A stretch of DNA of 64,000 nt from Psammoneis japonica (Eukaryota): contig QPGO01000052.1 of NCBI GenBank assembly GCA_008632985.1, positions 62,001-126,000 of the forward strand, given 5' to 3'. Below the pieces are notes generated by a model. It was not told the DNA's origin, did not search any database, and saw only the letters and a program-made list of their open reading frames with translations. This document shows positions 38,925 to 49,689 of this stretch, piece by piece; the stretch's first letter is position 1, and each line of letters opens with the position of its first letter. The translations under genes and the position numbers were made by a program.

Positions 38925-40090
38925 GTCTGTTGCTCAAGTCATTGCAGACTTTCTGTGTCCCCATGTTGCCCATGTGAAATCCTTCTGTGTTGGTGACTTC
39001 ATTGCGGCTTGCTCAAAGATGAAGTGCTGGCCTCCTTCCAATGCATCTGTGATGTGTTTGCTGACTGTCAGTTGGAATGCATCAACGTGAGTGACAATGC
39101 GCTTGGCTCCAAAGGCATTTGGGCATGCTTGGCTCCAAAGGCATTTGGGCACACTTGTCTCTCCTGAATGCCCAGACAATGTTGCTCAGGGAACTCTGCC
39201 TGGCCAACAATGGTCTTTCTCTGCCAAGACATTGAAAGAAATTGCCGACATTCCTTGGCAAGTTGATGCCAAAACAAACATGTGTGCCTGTCATCAGCTG
39301 GAGGTGTTGCACGTGCATGACAACATGACTGGCCATGACAGAGCTCCTGAATTTGAAAGCATCTTTTGAGAATGCTGTTGATTGAAACTCTCATGCATTC
39401 CAGCAATTGTGCCTTGTTGGAGAGAAGTTTCTTGTTGGCACAAGGTTTGAATGCCATGGACATTTTGTGCTTGGAGATGCTCAACCTGGAGGGTTGTCAT
39501 TTTGGAAATGGGGAGGACAAAGGCCATGGCATCCACCTCTTTTCACAAAAGCTGGCAGAGGCATCTGATTTGAAATGCACATTTTTTGTGACTCTGGATT
39601 AGACGCCCAAGGCCTGGAAGTCATGATGCAAGCCTTGCTGGAGGCCGGAGCACCTCTGGAAGAAATTGATGCATCCAAGAATGTGCAGGGCCTGAGGGTC
39701 AAGGGTGCCATGTTTTTGGCATCCTTGATTCTCTCAAGGTCATGGACACACTTCAAGTCTTTGTTGCTGACTTGAACAAGTTCACCAGTGTCAGCATTTG
39801 CACTCTTGTTCAATCACTGAGCAAGGTGTCCAAGCTCCCTCAAAGTGGCCTTGAATGAAAACGAGTGTGGCCACATTGGTGCTGTGGAGTTGTGCGAGGT
39901 GGAATTGCCCCAGATGGAAAAGATTTTTCTTGACAAAAATGCCTTTTTGCAAAATGATGTGGCCATGTTGGAAGTGCACTTTGGGGACAAGCTCCAGCCT
40001 GTGGATGGTGAGGAAGATGTTGATGCTGAGTTGGAAGAAGAAGCTGAGGAAGCAGATGAGTTTGCCAAGCAATTGGCCGAGTTGCAAGTT
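38925..40090 (+). pseudogene. RANGAP1: Ran GTPase-activating protein (RanGAP, LRR plus acidic tail) pseudogene, 5' truncated
   Basis: Frameshifted LRR motifs LECINVSDNALGSKGI, RELCLANNGLS, LEVLHVHDNMTG, LEEIDASKN, LNENECGHIGA, and acidic tail FGDKLQPVDGEEDVDAELEEEAEEADEF. Compare plant RanGAP LNLSDNALGEKGV / EELYLMNDGIS / LHFHNNMTG. Confidence 0.8.
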
Positions 40091-40906
40091 TGGGGAGCAA
40101 AGCATGTGGTTTTGCACAGCACACAACAAAGTTTAGACTGGATGAGATGTGCTGTGGCAAGGACATGCAATGCCACAAATCAATGTCATAACATGCAGCA
40201 TCTGGAGAGCAACATTGCTTTCCTTGGTGGCCCCGACACACATTTCAGTCACTTGTTCCATCTTTTGAACAACACCATGCTGAGTCAGTCCTGCCGGTGT
40301 TCCAAGTGATGGCAAAGGAACCCAAGACCACAACAACTCAAACCATCTTGGCAACAGGAAATTGTTCAATTGTTTCCACATCATTTCTTCTCCCGTCTCT
40401 GCCACTCTGGCTGCTGTCACTGCAACTGACATGTTTTTTTAGAGGTGTGAGCTGGTTGAATTGCAGTGTCAAAGATCCAATCCTCTGCACTTTCTTGTCC
40501 TGTCTGCTGCTGCTGTCACTGCCATTTGTTGCAAACATGAACACATTGAGAGAGGTGGGAGCTGGTTACACTGTCAAAGATCAATCCTCTGTGCTGTCTT
40601 GTCCCATCTGTTGCTTGCTGCCACTGCCATTTGTCGCAAACACAAATGCACACAGAGGGACCAACAACACACTCCTGTCAGGCAAGAGGTCACCATTGTT
40701 GCAGAGACACATGGATGTTTGCTTGCAAAGCAAATGCGCACTGCTTCTCTTCAACAACAATGGATGGACTGCTCAAGCTCTTCCGATGATGGAATGTCCT
40801 CTCACAGAGAAGAGGATCGTCTTGGCACAAACAAGGCAGCTGGTCCATTTCCATGATGGCCTTCTTGTCAACCTCTGCCTTGGAGAATGACTCCTGGAGC
40901 TCTGTC

Positions 40907-41493
40907 TCACAGGTCCAGAGGATCTTCCTGGGGACGGTGCGCTCTACATTTGGAAGAGGAGGCAGGAGTTTCCATGATTTCCAGGTTGCAGTGACGCACG
41001 ATCATGCGAGGAAGCATGGCGAACGGTTTGTCGCAGTTGTGGTTGGACTCAACAGAGATGTCAAAGTGGGGGATGTTGTGCTTGCAAGGACACTTGATGT
41101 GTGTTGCCTTGACTTTGCGATCCGGCAGATCGACCTTGTTTCCAACAATGACGACCGGAAAATCTTTGTTGAGGCGGGTCACATGGTTGTGCCAGGTGCC
41201 TTCGACGGATTTGTGGGTGCTGCATGCCATGACGTTGAACATGATCAATGCACCAGCCACTCCCCAGCAGCAGTCATCACGGAGAATGCCTGGTTTGTCC
41301 TGTCCGCTCGTTTCGCGAAGAATGATCTTCATCTGGCCGGAATTCGTCAAGAACATTGGCGGAATGTCGTTGCAACCCCCATGGTGCACTTGCACTTCTG
41401 TTGAAACTTGGCAGTGACATGACGCATTGCGTACGAGGTCTTGCCGACGCCTCTGTCGCCAGCGAGGATGACAGGGAACGTGGGGATGTCAGC
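40907..41493 (-). pseudogene. RAN: Divergent Ran-like small GTPase pseudogene
   Basis: ILAGDRGVGKTS..RHVTAKFQQKCKCTMGV, a frameshift at ~41360, then ETSGQDKPGILRDDCC, GNKVDLPDRKVKA and FDISVESNHNCDKPF, colinear with Ran. Confidence 0.85.
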
Positions 41494-41869
41494 TTGATGA
41501 GGAAGAGATAAAAAAGAAGAGAGAAAGGAGCCACTGAGCGAGTGAAACGAGGGCAAGCCGAACAGGAGCGGTTGCCAAAGGCGCTTGAACTGTTGCCGGT
41601 CCACACTTTCCTACACAGAAAACAGGACGCCAACGGGGCCTTTCCAAGCACATAAGTCCGAAACTTACCATGTTGTTCGAGCACAAACTGTCAATCTGAA
41701 ATCGATGCAGCGAATGACAACACACTAAAAAATGTCGCCACCCTTTCGTTGTGCATGTCTGTCTTCTGTCCGTTCTCGTGGAGCGCGGAGCGCAAAGCCC
41801 AAATAAAGTGGTTTTCACCTTGTTTTCACTCTACTGTATCGGCAATAACATCGCGAAGATCACGTCACG

Positions 41870-42523
41870 ATGGCAACGCAACAACAGCAAGAGTCACTCT
41901 CGATGTTGATTAAAGTTGAAGCGTTGGTTGACTTGGAGAGATCCTTGACAAATGCATTAGAGAAATCGGAACCGTTATTGAGCCAGAGCGAGAAAGACAA
42001 CTTATCCCGCCGTGGAGGGCGTTTTCGGCCCATTCCTACGAACACCAATGAGGCCACGCAAGTTTTGGCGGTGGCAAGAGCACTGTCGGGACGCACATCG
42101 GCACCTGCAGGATGGAATCCCAACTTGCCGGTTGTTGGATTCGCAACGCCAAACCCACTTCCCCATCAACTACGCGGGGGTGCGTTGGGTACGTTGCAGC
42201 TGGAGCGGGCGACGAAGCAAAGCCTCCGAGAAATGGAAGAACAAACAGCATCGAAAAAACGACAAAGAGAAGATCAAATTGCGAAAGAAGCTGTGCAAAT
42301 TGAAAAGGATTCTAAGGTTGTGAAGACAAAAGATGAAGAAGAGCAAACGATGGATCCTAAACGCCGCGATCTTGCCCACCACAAACATGAGCTCGATCGC
42401 ACTGATTCAGAGATGACACGAGCCCGACGGGCAAGCATATCTCGAAAGGGGCCGCCACAGCCAGTGCTTGCAACAACCATGAATCTGAGTGACAGCAGCA
42501 GCAGTGACGATGAGAGTGACTAA
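41870..42523 (+). CDS. Mediator subunit 4-like protein
   Basis: VLAVARALSGRTSAPAGWNPNLPVVGFATPNPLPHQLRGGAL resembles the Med4 motif LL.YA..IS..T.AP..W.P......P.P....MR.G.L. The 217-aa ORF is intact. Confidence 0.6.
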   Translation: MATQQQQESLSMLIKVEALVDLERSLTNALEKSEPLLSQSEKDNLSRRGGRFRPIPTNTNEATQVLAVARALSGRTSAPAGWNPNLPVVGFATPNPLPHQLRGGALGTLQLERATKQSLREMEEQTASKKRQREDQIAKEAVQIEKDSKVVKTKDEEEQTMDPKRRDLAHHKHELDRTDSEMTRARRASISRKGPPQPVLATTMNLSDSSSSDDESD

Positions 42524-42560
42524 GCACCTACTCTACGAGATGTGCAACTACTATACCTGT

Positions 42561-45500
42561 TCAACTACTCGGATCTCCGACTGCTTCGAGCAGCGCGCGT
42601 TTCATTGCTGCTGCTGTCTGTGCTATCTTTTCGCATATTTCTTGGTCTTGCTTCTTTCTTTCTGCTTTCTCCTGCTGTAAGTCGCGTCGTAGTTTCTGTA
42701 CGTCGGCAAAAAACTGTTCTCCTTTCTCTTCGGCGTTGGAGTCAACGGCCGCTGCCAGTTTCTCTTGCATCAACTCCAAAGAAGATTTTCGTTCTGCAAG
42801 CGTCTCTTGGTACTTTCGAGCCATGGTCCCTACAATAGATTCAAATTTCTTGACAATAGCACCCTCCTGCTTCGTAGCCTTAGCGGAATCAATACGCAAG
42901 CTGGGAGCCAAGTCGTGCTCAATCACAGGATGGAACGAATCCAAGCTCACAGATTTACGATCAAACAATACCATGTGGATATGTCGAGTCAAGTTCGTAT
43001 GAAGCTTGATCATACGACGATCCAGATCTGCCAAGCAAGCTTCACCGGCAGACGCGTAGGATGGAGACAACTCTTTTTCCATTGTCGCAAAGACACGGTC
43101 TGACACTTGTTCGAGGGGATGATAGACGGATCGGTCCATCCAATCCTTCGCTACCGCATCACGATCCATTGTCTCTTCAGCTAGTCGTGCAGTGGCAGAT
43201 GCCAGCTTACATTCCATGTCGTGGATTTGAGAGTGAAAATCTTCGCGCCGCTTCGCTGATTGCTCCTGCAGCTTCTGGAGCTCCGTCGGAACTGAACTCA
43301 AAAACTCAAATCGAGGCGAATAGAATGAATCAGGTGTTGCGACGAGTTGCAAAGTTCTTGAAGCAGCGTCTTCTTCGATCTGATCTATATCCATTGCCGG
43401 AATACGTTGAGATGAAGGAACATGTCCTGTCGAGTCCACTTCTACGACTGTGGAATCCACATCAGCGGGAGAGTAACCGCGATTTCCTTCTTTGCTTGAA
43501 TCATGTGAATACTCGTTTCCCTCCTCCTCTTCCTCTTTTGTGGTCAAAACCTCCTCGGCTTCTCTTTCCGCTTTCCCGGAAACTTTCTCTTCCAACTCAT
43601 CAAAGTCACTCCACCCGTCATCATCATCTGCTTGCTGTTCCTTCTTGTCCTTCCCTGCCAGCGACATTTCTTCTCCTTTATGATGAAGGTTTGCTTCCTC
43701 TGATCCATCTGGTGCCACACCCGACGGATCCGGGATTTCGAGTCCACTAGAGGCGGAAGTTTTTTCTATCAGCGGCATTTCCCACGTTGTAGAATTGTCA
43801 GTCTCATTCAGGTAGTACGGCAGACCAGAAGACGGATCCAACAAACGTCTCCAACCAGGGGGTAAACGTGGAAGTGAAGGATCGTCGTCGGTGATACTCA
43901 TCGGCCTTACCCAAGTCGTAACACCTTCAGCCTCGTTGACAAAGTAAGGTCTACCAGAGCCCGGATCGGTCATTTGTATCCATCCATTCGGCAAAGACTC
44001 CTGATATTGCTCTTCTGGGATCGTTTCATTTTCAGCGCTCCCCAATTCCGATTTGTCGTAATTTCCTTCGTCGTCATCGACGACGACGCCAGTCTGGAGC
44101 TCCGGACTCTCTGAGCTATAGAGCGGAACTTCTTCGGCTTGCTCATCATTGTCACTCTGCTTTTCAGCAGTCTCGACGATGCCGCTCTCGGCAGAAGCGG
44201 ATTCTTCTTTTGTAGGTGTAGCATTATCGTACTCATCGTGTTCACGAGCTTCCAGAAATATTTCATCATCAGAATCAGAATCTTCGGAGTCTACGATGTT
44301 GTCGTCAATCTCCGAGGTCGGTATCACGGTGACAGAGGCTTCATCATTTGTCTCACTCAACATTTCTGTTTCTAACTCTTTAGTATCCGAGTCTCCCTCT
44401 GCAGGCCCTCCTGAAACGCTCATCACCGGGACCTCAACACTATGCGCTGCGTTTTTACTTTCAAAAACGTCATTCCAGCTGCCATCGTCAGCGATTTCCG
44501 CTTCAGAAATAATCTCGTCTGCAGGCGTCTCTTTGTCACCCCCTTTGTCTTTCGTTTCAACTGGGACTGGAGAAAAAGTTGGGGGCGTGAGTGATTCATC
44601 TGCGCCACTTTCTTCAGCGTTTGACGGACTAGTCATGTTGACCCACTCCTGCGACCCTTCAGGCGACTCAACTTCCATAGCTTTTGCATCAGTTACAGTC
44701 TCGTCTTGTTTCTCGGTTTTGATTTCACTTGAAGCAGCGGACAAATTTTCCTCTGGATCTTCGTCGAAGTCACTCCATCCGTCATCTTCGCCTTCATCTT
44801 CTATTACTTCTTTAGAGGCAACTTGGTTGTCTACAGTGGCAGCATTCGCTACTCTATCGAAACTTTGCTTGACGTCTTCTACGAGCAGCAAATCTTCGGC
44901 ATGATCGTCAGCAGCACTACTCTCCGTTGCATCTTTCGAACATTCGTCCTCGCCCTGAAGCTGCTGGGAGTCTTCGCTTTCCTCTACACTGGTAGCTGGC
45001 GGTTTGAGTGTCGGCTTATCCCATGTAGTCAAATTCTCTTCCTCATGAAAATAGTACGTATCACCCGAGTCAGGGTCCACCAATTCCTCCCATCCGGAAG
45101 GCAACGTATTCTCTTCGGCAGCCTGAATTGGACTTCGCTCGTCGATTTCGTTGAAAGCCTTCTCAGCTGCGTGCTCTTCCTCACCCTCGAAGTTATTTGC
45201 TTTATCAGAATCGTCCCAGTCCCAACCATCGCTGTCGTCGTCCACCTCTAACTTTGGATCAGTCGGAGTAGGCCCCGCCTCTTCTTCTCGGTCACTAGTG
45301 TCGACCTCGGTACGACTCTGATCGGTAGGCCTGTCCCACGATGTAATGTTTTCAGCTTCGTTAAGGTAGTATGGATCCCCTGATGACGGATCAATCAATT
45401 CTACCCAACCTGATGGTAACGGTCCGTACCCTTGCCCGATTGTTGTAGGCGTGTGTTCCTCAGCACCGGCCTCTTGCTCCGTCGTTGGAGGATCCCATGA

Positions 45501-46370
45501 AGTGATATTCTTCGCCTCATTGAAATAGTAAAAGTCCCCCGAAGATGAGTCGACAAGCCTTGCCCATCCAGATGTAAGCGACGTCTCCTCTGAGGTTGGA
45601 ACAATATCATAGTTGGCAATTTCATCGAGTGAGGACGAACTGCTGTCCTCCGGGTCCGCGCTCGTTTGGTTGACAACTTGATCGTCTCTGTTGACAAGAG
45701 TGGCGTTATCAGGTGACTGTTCTGCTGTCGAGGCTGATTCCACGGCGATCTTATCTGTCGTTGAGGTCATTTTGTAACTGTCCTTTTTATTCTCTGCGCT
45801 TGTAGCATCTGCATCATCAGTTGATGTTGCTGCATCGCCTGCTGTGAGGTTTTCCTTTTGTATTGCATCCGAAAGGTCACCCAAAGCATCATCTTCCCAG
45901 TCGTCCTCGATATCTGGAGTCAAAGGCGGACTAAGAGAGTCCCGGTCCTCCACGTTTGTCCCTTGTTGATTCTTCGACTCTTTCGTTACCTGCTGCTCCG
46001 AGACGTCATCGTTCAGCTCTGGATGAGCCAGAGTCTCCTTAGCAGAGTGCAGCGGCGGTGACAACGACGCATTCTGATAACTATTTTGCGAAACATCATT
46101 GGGATTAAAGATAGTGGCCGATGGTTTCGGAGACGGAGAGAATGTTGGAGTTCTCTTTGGTGACAGCAGGGGGTGAGGTCGAGTACCTCCTGGCACCGGA
46201 GATGCAGTAGTGGTGAAGGACGTCGGTGGTGGACTTACAGGTTTGGGTGACGCTGGTAGCACGTCTGTTGCTTCTTGCGGACGCACAGGACTTGTACGAC
46301 CCTCTGACGGCATGTTGGGCCCGTCTTTGTCGGTTCCAACAGCGTTCAGCGTTCTTTTCCAGAACGACAT
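42561..46370 (-). CDS. 1269-aa acidic protein with five WW domains and a C-terminal SF-assemblin/beta-giardin-like coiled coil
   Basis: Five copies of GW....D..SG..Y[YF].[NH]E.....T.W..P, and C-terminal LRRDLQQEKAERKKQDQEICEKIAQ. It is a single uninterrupted ORF. Confidence 0.85.
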   Translation of the reverse strand: MSFWKRTLNAVGTDKDGPNMPSEGRTSPVRPQEATDVLPASPKPVSPPPTSFTTTASPVPGGTRPHPLLSPKRTPTFSPSPKPSATIFNPNDVSQNSYQNASLSPPLHSAKETLAHPELNDDVSEQQVTKESKNQQGTNVEDRDSLSPPLTPDIEDDWEDDALGDLSDAIQKENLTAGDAATSTDDADATSAENKKDSYKMTSTTDKIAVESASTAEQSPDNATLVNRDDQVVNQTSADPEDSSSSSLDEIANYDIVPTSEETSLTSGWARLVDSSSGDFYYFNEAKNITSWDPPTTEQEAGAEEHTPTTIGQGYGPLPSGWVELIDPSSGDPYYLNEAENITSWDRPTDQSRTEVDTSDREEEAGPTPTDPKLEVDDDSDGWDWDDSDKANNFEGEEEHAAEKAFNEIDERSPIQAAEENTLPSGWEELVDPDSGDTYYFHEEENLTTWDKPTLKPPATSVEESEDSQQLQGEDECSKDATESSAADDHAEDLLLVEDVKQSFDRVANAATVDNQVASKEVIEDEGEDDGWSDFDEDPEENLSAASSEIKTEKQDETVTDAKAMEVESPEGSQEWVNMTSPSNAEESGADESLTPPTFSPVPVETKDKGGDKETPADEIISEAEIADDGSWNDVFESKNAAHSVEVPVMSVSGGPAEGDSDTKELETEMLSETNDEASVTVIPTSEIDDNIVDSEDSDSDDEIFLEAREHDEYDNATPTKEESASAESGIVETAEKQSDNDEQAEEVPLYSSESPELQTGVVVDDDEGNYDKSELGSAENETIPEEQYQESLPNGWIQMTDPGSGRPYFVNEAEGVTTWVRPMSITDDDPSLPRLPPGWRRLLDPSSGLPYYLNETDNSTTWEMPLIEKTSASSGLEIPDPSGVAPDGSEEANLHHKGEEMSLAGKDKKEQQADDDDGWSDFDELEEKVSGKAEREAEEVLTTKEEEEEGNEYSHDSSKEGNRGYSPADVDSTVVEVDSTGHVPSSQRIPAMDIDQIEEDAASRTLQLVATPDSFYSPRFEFLSSVPTELQKLQEQSAKRREDFHSQIHDMECKLASATARLAEETMDRDAVAKDWMDRSVYHPLEQVSDRVFATMEKELSPSYASAGEACLADLDRRMIKLHTNLTRHIHMVLFDRKSVSLDSFHPVIEHDLAPSLRIDSAKATKQEGAIVKKFESIVGTMARKYQETLAERKSSLELMQEKLAAAVDSNAEEKGEQFFADVQKLRRDLQQEKAERKKQDQEICEKIAQTAAAMKRALLEAVGDPSS

Positions 46371-46986
46371 GGTGGGGCTCGTGTTTGCACCGTGAGCAAA
46401 CTGAAAACAAAGCGTTGCACCGTACCTTATGATATGAGATGAGAGAAGGTACTTCTAGGGTAATAGGGCCCTTTAGAGCTAGAGGTAAAGTAATAATGAC
46501 CACCGGGACGACTCTGGACAGCTGCTGTCCAAAGAATCGTATGATATGTCCCGGTACATAAAGATATTGGTCACATCCTGTGTTGTACCGTACGCTGGAC
46601 AGACTCGACGTGTATTTAAAAATACTGTACGTGAACCTTGTAATGGCAAAACCTCTGACGCACTGGAGGAAAGAATTTCTTTGGACAAAAGATGCCAGGT
46701 CCGTCGGCGGCGTGTGGCGCGTGGCTTCGTGGCGGGCGGGAGGAACAGCTTGTGGGGGAGGAAACATCTGGAAACTAGCGCCGCGCGCAGCGGTTCCGTC
46801 TGGACTTCGTCGGGGTACTGCAAAAAACACTTTTTGGAAAAAACATAAAAAAAAACGCACACCATGACGAGCGCCGTCGACGCGTCGTCTTGTAGCTCCA
46901 CTAAAATAACGCTTACGGCTCTCACACACGATACACATAATCTAAGAGTGTTCAAGTGACTATTGAACTTCCAAGATTGTTGAGAG

Positions 46987-47457
46987 ATGACACCGTCATC
47001 CAATGATACGCAGTTGAATGGGGTCACCCGATGCGACGCACCAAATGCTGTTCCATCGTACAATCGGACCGAAGAGAGGCAAATAATGCTGATTGATGCT
47101 ACAGATAGCTTGTCAATCTTTACTGTACTCAAGTTGGAATATGATGGAGGCGCAATACCACGCCATATAGCTGGTTATGACACGAGTTGGCGCACCGTTT
47201 TCAAGAAGGTTCAAAGTTTTGTTGAGATGGATGCCGCCGAGCAGAAGCTGGAGAAAAAACGCTGGAGTAAGATGCCGCGATGGGAGAAAAACGTATATGA
47301 GCAACGACTTCGTATTTTGATGGATCAAAAGGCTGCAATTGAAATCAAGCTTGCACCAGTTGACAATAGAGCTACGGCGTTACCGCGAGCAGTTTCACCC
47401 ATGCCGGATACTACTGCGGAACAAACCGCGCGTGTTGTAGGAAGTGGTGTGGACTGA
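46987..47457 (+). CDS. Hypothetical protein (may continue into an intron-containing segment at 47519-47780)
   Basis: A 156-aa ORF with natural composition, and a GT-AG intron-like segment at 47582-47658 downstream. The structure is unresolved. Confidence 0.35.
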   Translation: MTPSSNDTQLNGVTRCDAPNAVPSYNRTEERQIMLIDATDSLSIFTVLKLEYDGGAIPRHIAGYDTSWRTVFKKVQSFVEMDAAEQKLEKKRWSKMPRWEKNVYEQRLRILMDQKAAIEIKLAPVDNRATALPRAVSPMPDTTAEQTARVVGSGVD

Positions 47458-47861
47458 CCATAGCAACTCACCAACAAGCATCGTGGAGGAAGGTGGATTT
47501 AGCGTTTTATAAGAGCCCGTGTATATCAAGAACGGAGTCGAACTAGACGGCGCGAACATCAGAGGATATGATTTCATGCAGGTAAGCACTCATGTTGTGA
47601 CGACGCAGCGCATTCTTCTGCATTGTAACTCACTGTTCACGTCTGCATCCGATGCAGGATTTCCGAGTCCACGTCAAAACAGACGAGAAGTACATTACCA
47701 AGTTAGCAGACGTTGTCGTCGGCTACGTGGGCGCCCCGCTGGAGTCAAATGCACGCATGGATACCTCCTTTCAAAAACGTGAAGCTTCAACCCAAGTCGG
47801 TTTCTCTTTGGGCCCTATCCACTCGAGTCTTGTCTCTTTTCCCACTACCATTGTCGTAAAA

Positions 47862-49397
47862 ATGAGCACGAAAACACCCCCTCCGTTGCTAGTGGACATC
47901 AAGATGGCTCTGGAGATGGATCAGTCAGACCATGCTCCTACCAGTCTCACTTATGGATCGCCATCTGCCGGCAAAATGGCAACAACCTCCAAGATTGTGA
48001 CCCCCTTTGCTTTCTTTCATCAGATCCCAACGGCAGGTGATTCTCAGAATGACTCTACATCCTTCTCAGACGATGATGAAGATGAGCAACATGATGAGTA
48101 TGATATTGAGCGAATCGGTATCACTCAACCTTCATACTACGCGAACGAAGAAGAACGAGCAATTGTGCCCAGAACACACGACGGAGACAGAATTGGGATT
48201 TCTCCTGCGTCTTACGAAAAGCCCAAGGGAGATATTCCTCTGTCCCCACTTTCGCTCTTGAAACGAATCGATCGATGGAATATCTCGCCTACCTCTGTTC
48301 AGGAGTATGATAATGATGAATACAGATCCTCTGCAGACTCGTGGTGGCCTCATTCTCATTCTGAAGGATCACCGCCCGTGCCGCACTCTCCGATAATGAA
48401 AAGTGGTGAAATCGTTCCTTATGATGGCGTCAGACGAATGGTTCATCCGCAGACAGCTAGCGGTCACTTTCTCCTCAACTCTGCTCCCTTGACTCCGTCG
48501 CCCTCGACTACTGAAGGAAGACAGATCAGGTACAGTCTGGCCAACGGAAAGAAGACAAAGGTGAAACGTGATTCAAGCGAGAGAATGCTCTTTCGAAAAG
48601 ACTCCGCCATGAGCGAGTCCTCCTTCCGTTCGTTCAGTAGGAGATCGAGTCAAAATCTTAATGACTCGATGAGTCAGTTTAGTCAGTCGAGCGCTGGGTC
48701 CGTCGTGGGATGTTCCAATCCGTTTAAAATATTTGTTCTCCTGCTACAACCCAAAGCCAAGATCTTTGAGCTCATTCAAATCATTTACTCTCCCAGCGTT
48801 ACGACTGTGGGAGATATTCTCGAAATGATTCCGTCCAACGCAACCGAGCCGGCGCTGGGCAATCAAGACTACTACGGCCTCTGCCGACCCAAGGATGGCA
48901 AGGAAATCACCGACACGGAGCTCATGGCGAGTTCCGACGGTGGTGAGGGCTGCGCCCGCATCACCAAGGGAGAGATCCTTTTGGCTATTCCAGAGACATA
49001 CTCGGGGAGTCATATTGCCATACTAGGAAAGCCGCTCTTGAAGAACAAAAAGATTGTGGAACTAATGAAGAGGAACGATCCATTATCAGCGAAGCAAAAG
49101 AGAAAGAGCGAAACCAATCTAGGGTTGAAGAACAAGCCTCACGGCATTCTGGAAGAAGAACCTTTTGAGGACGTGCCAGCTGATGACACTATCGAGCGTG
49201 GGTCCCATGACATTAAGAAGGAAAAAACCTCGAAAACCAACGGGTCGCCGAAACACGAGTATGCGGACGACGCGTCGTATTCATCCAACTCGACGGGCGG
49301 TTACTCCTATGAATTACAACAAGAATTGATCAGACTACCCCAGAAGAAGCAGCAGGAAAAGATGATGAGCAAGTCAAACCAAACGAAAACGCAATAG
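47862..49397 (+). CDS. Hypothetical Ser/Pro-rich protein with a compact globular domain
   Basis: A long ORF with a folded-looking segment FKIFVLLLQPKAKIFELIQI..TTVGDILEMIP..YYGLCRP..GEILLAIP. The start codon is uncertain. Confidence 0.65.
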   Translation: MSTKTPPPLLVDIKMALEMDQSDHAPTSLTYGSPSAGKMATTSKIVTPFAFFHQIPTAGDSQNDSTSFSDDDEDEQHDEYDIERIGITQPSYYANEEERAIVPRTHDGDRIGISPASYEKPKGDIPLSPLSLLKRIDRWNISPTSVQEYDNDEYRSSADSWWPHSHSEGSPPVPHSPIMKSGEIVPYDGVRRMVHPQTASGHFLLNSAPLTPSPSTTEGRQIRYSLANGKKTKVKRDSSERMLFRKDSAMSESSFRSFSRRSSQNLNDSMSQFSQSSAGSVVGCSNPFKIFVLLLQPKAKIFELIQIIYSPSVTTVGDILEMIPSNATEPALGNQDYYGLCRPKDGKEITDTELMASSDGGEGCARITKGEILLAIPETYSGSHIAILGKPLLKNKKIVELMKRNDPLSAKQKRKSETNLGLKNKPHGILEEEPFEDVPADDTIERGSHDIKKEKTSKTNGSPKHEYADDASYSSNSTGGYSYELQQELIRLPQKKQQEKMMSKSNQTKTQ

Positions 49398-49689
49398 CTG
49401 CACTCACGACTTGACCTTCTAAAGCGAAATAGCTTGAAGGAGCTGGATACAATTGATTGAAACCTACCATACTTTATCAAGAATTTGGGAACTTGGGTAG
49501 GAATGCTCTGTTTTGGGGATATACAACAATGACGACGAGACTCATATTTGCAATCTCGTGTGAAACAAACAAGAGCCATGTATAGTAGTACACAAGGGAT
49601 CATCATCTATTTCTTTGAACCAGTAGCAACATAACATAATGCAAATCTATGGAACTGAAACTCCAACCCCGCTTTGCTTTTCCTGTTCA

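Larger units (their letters stand above)
22210..41430. other. TpA/CpG-depleted hypermutated repeat block B
   Basis: TpA is nearly absent over about 19 kb. CpG persists only in the margins. The block holds nested TE relics, tandem repeats and pseudogenes. Confidence 0.9.

Noticed and set aside
43061..44904. Long plus-strand ORFs (229 aa and 251 aa)
   Set aside because: They are antisense shadows of the 1269-aa WW protein gene.
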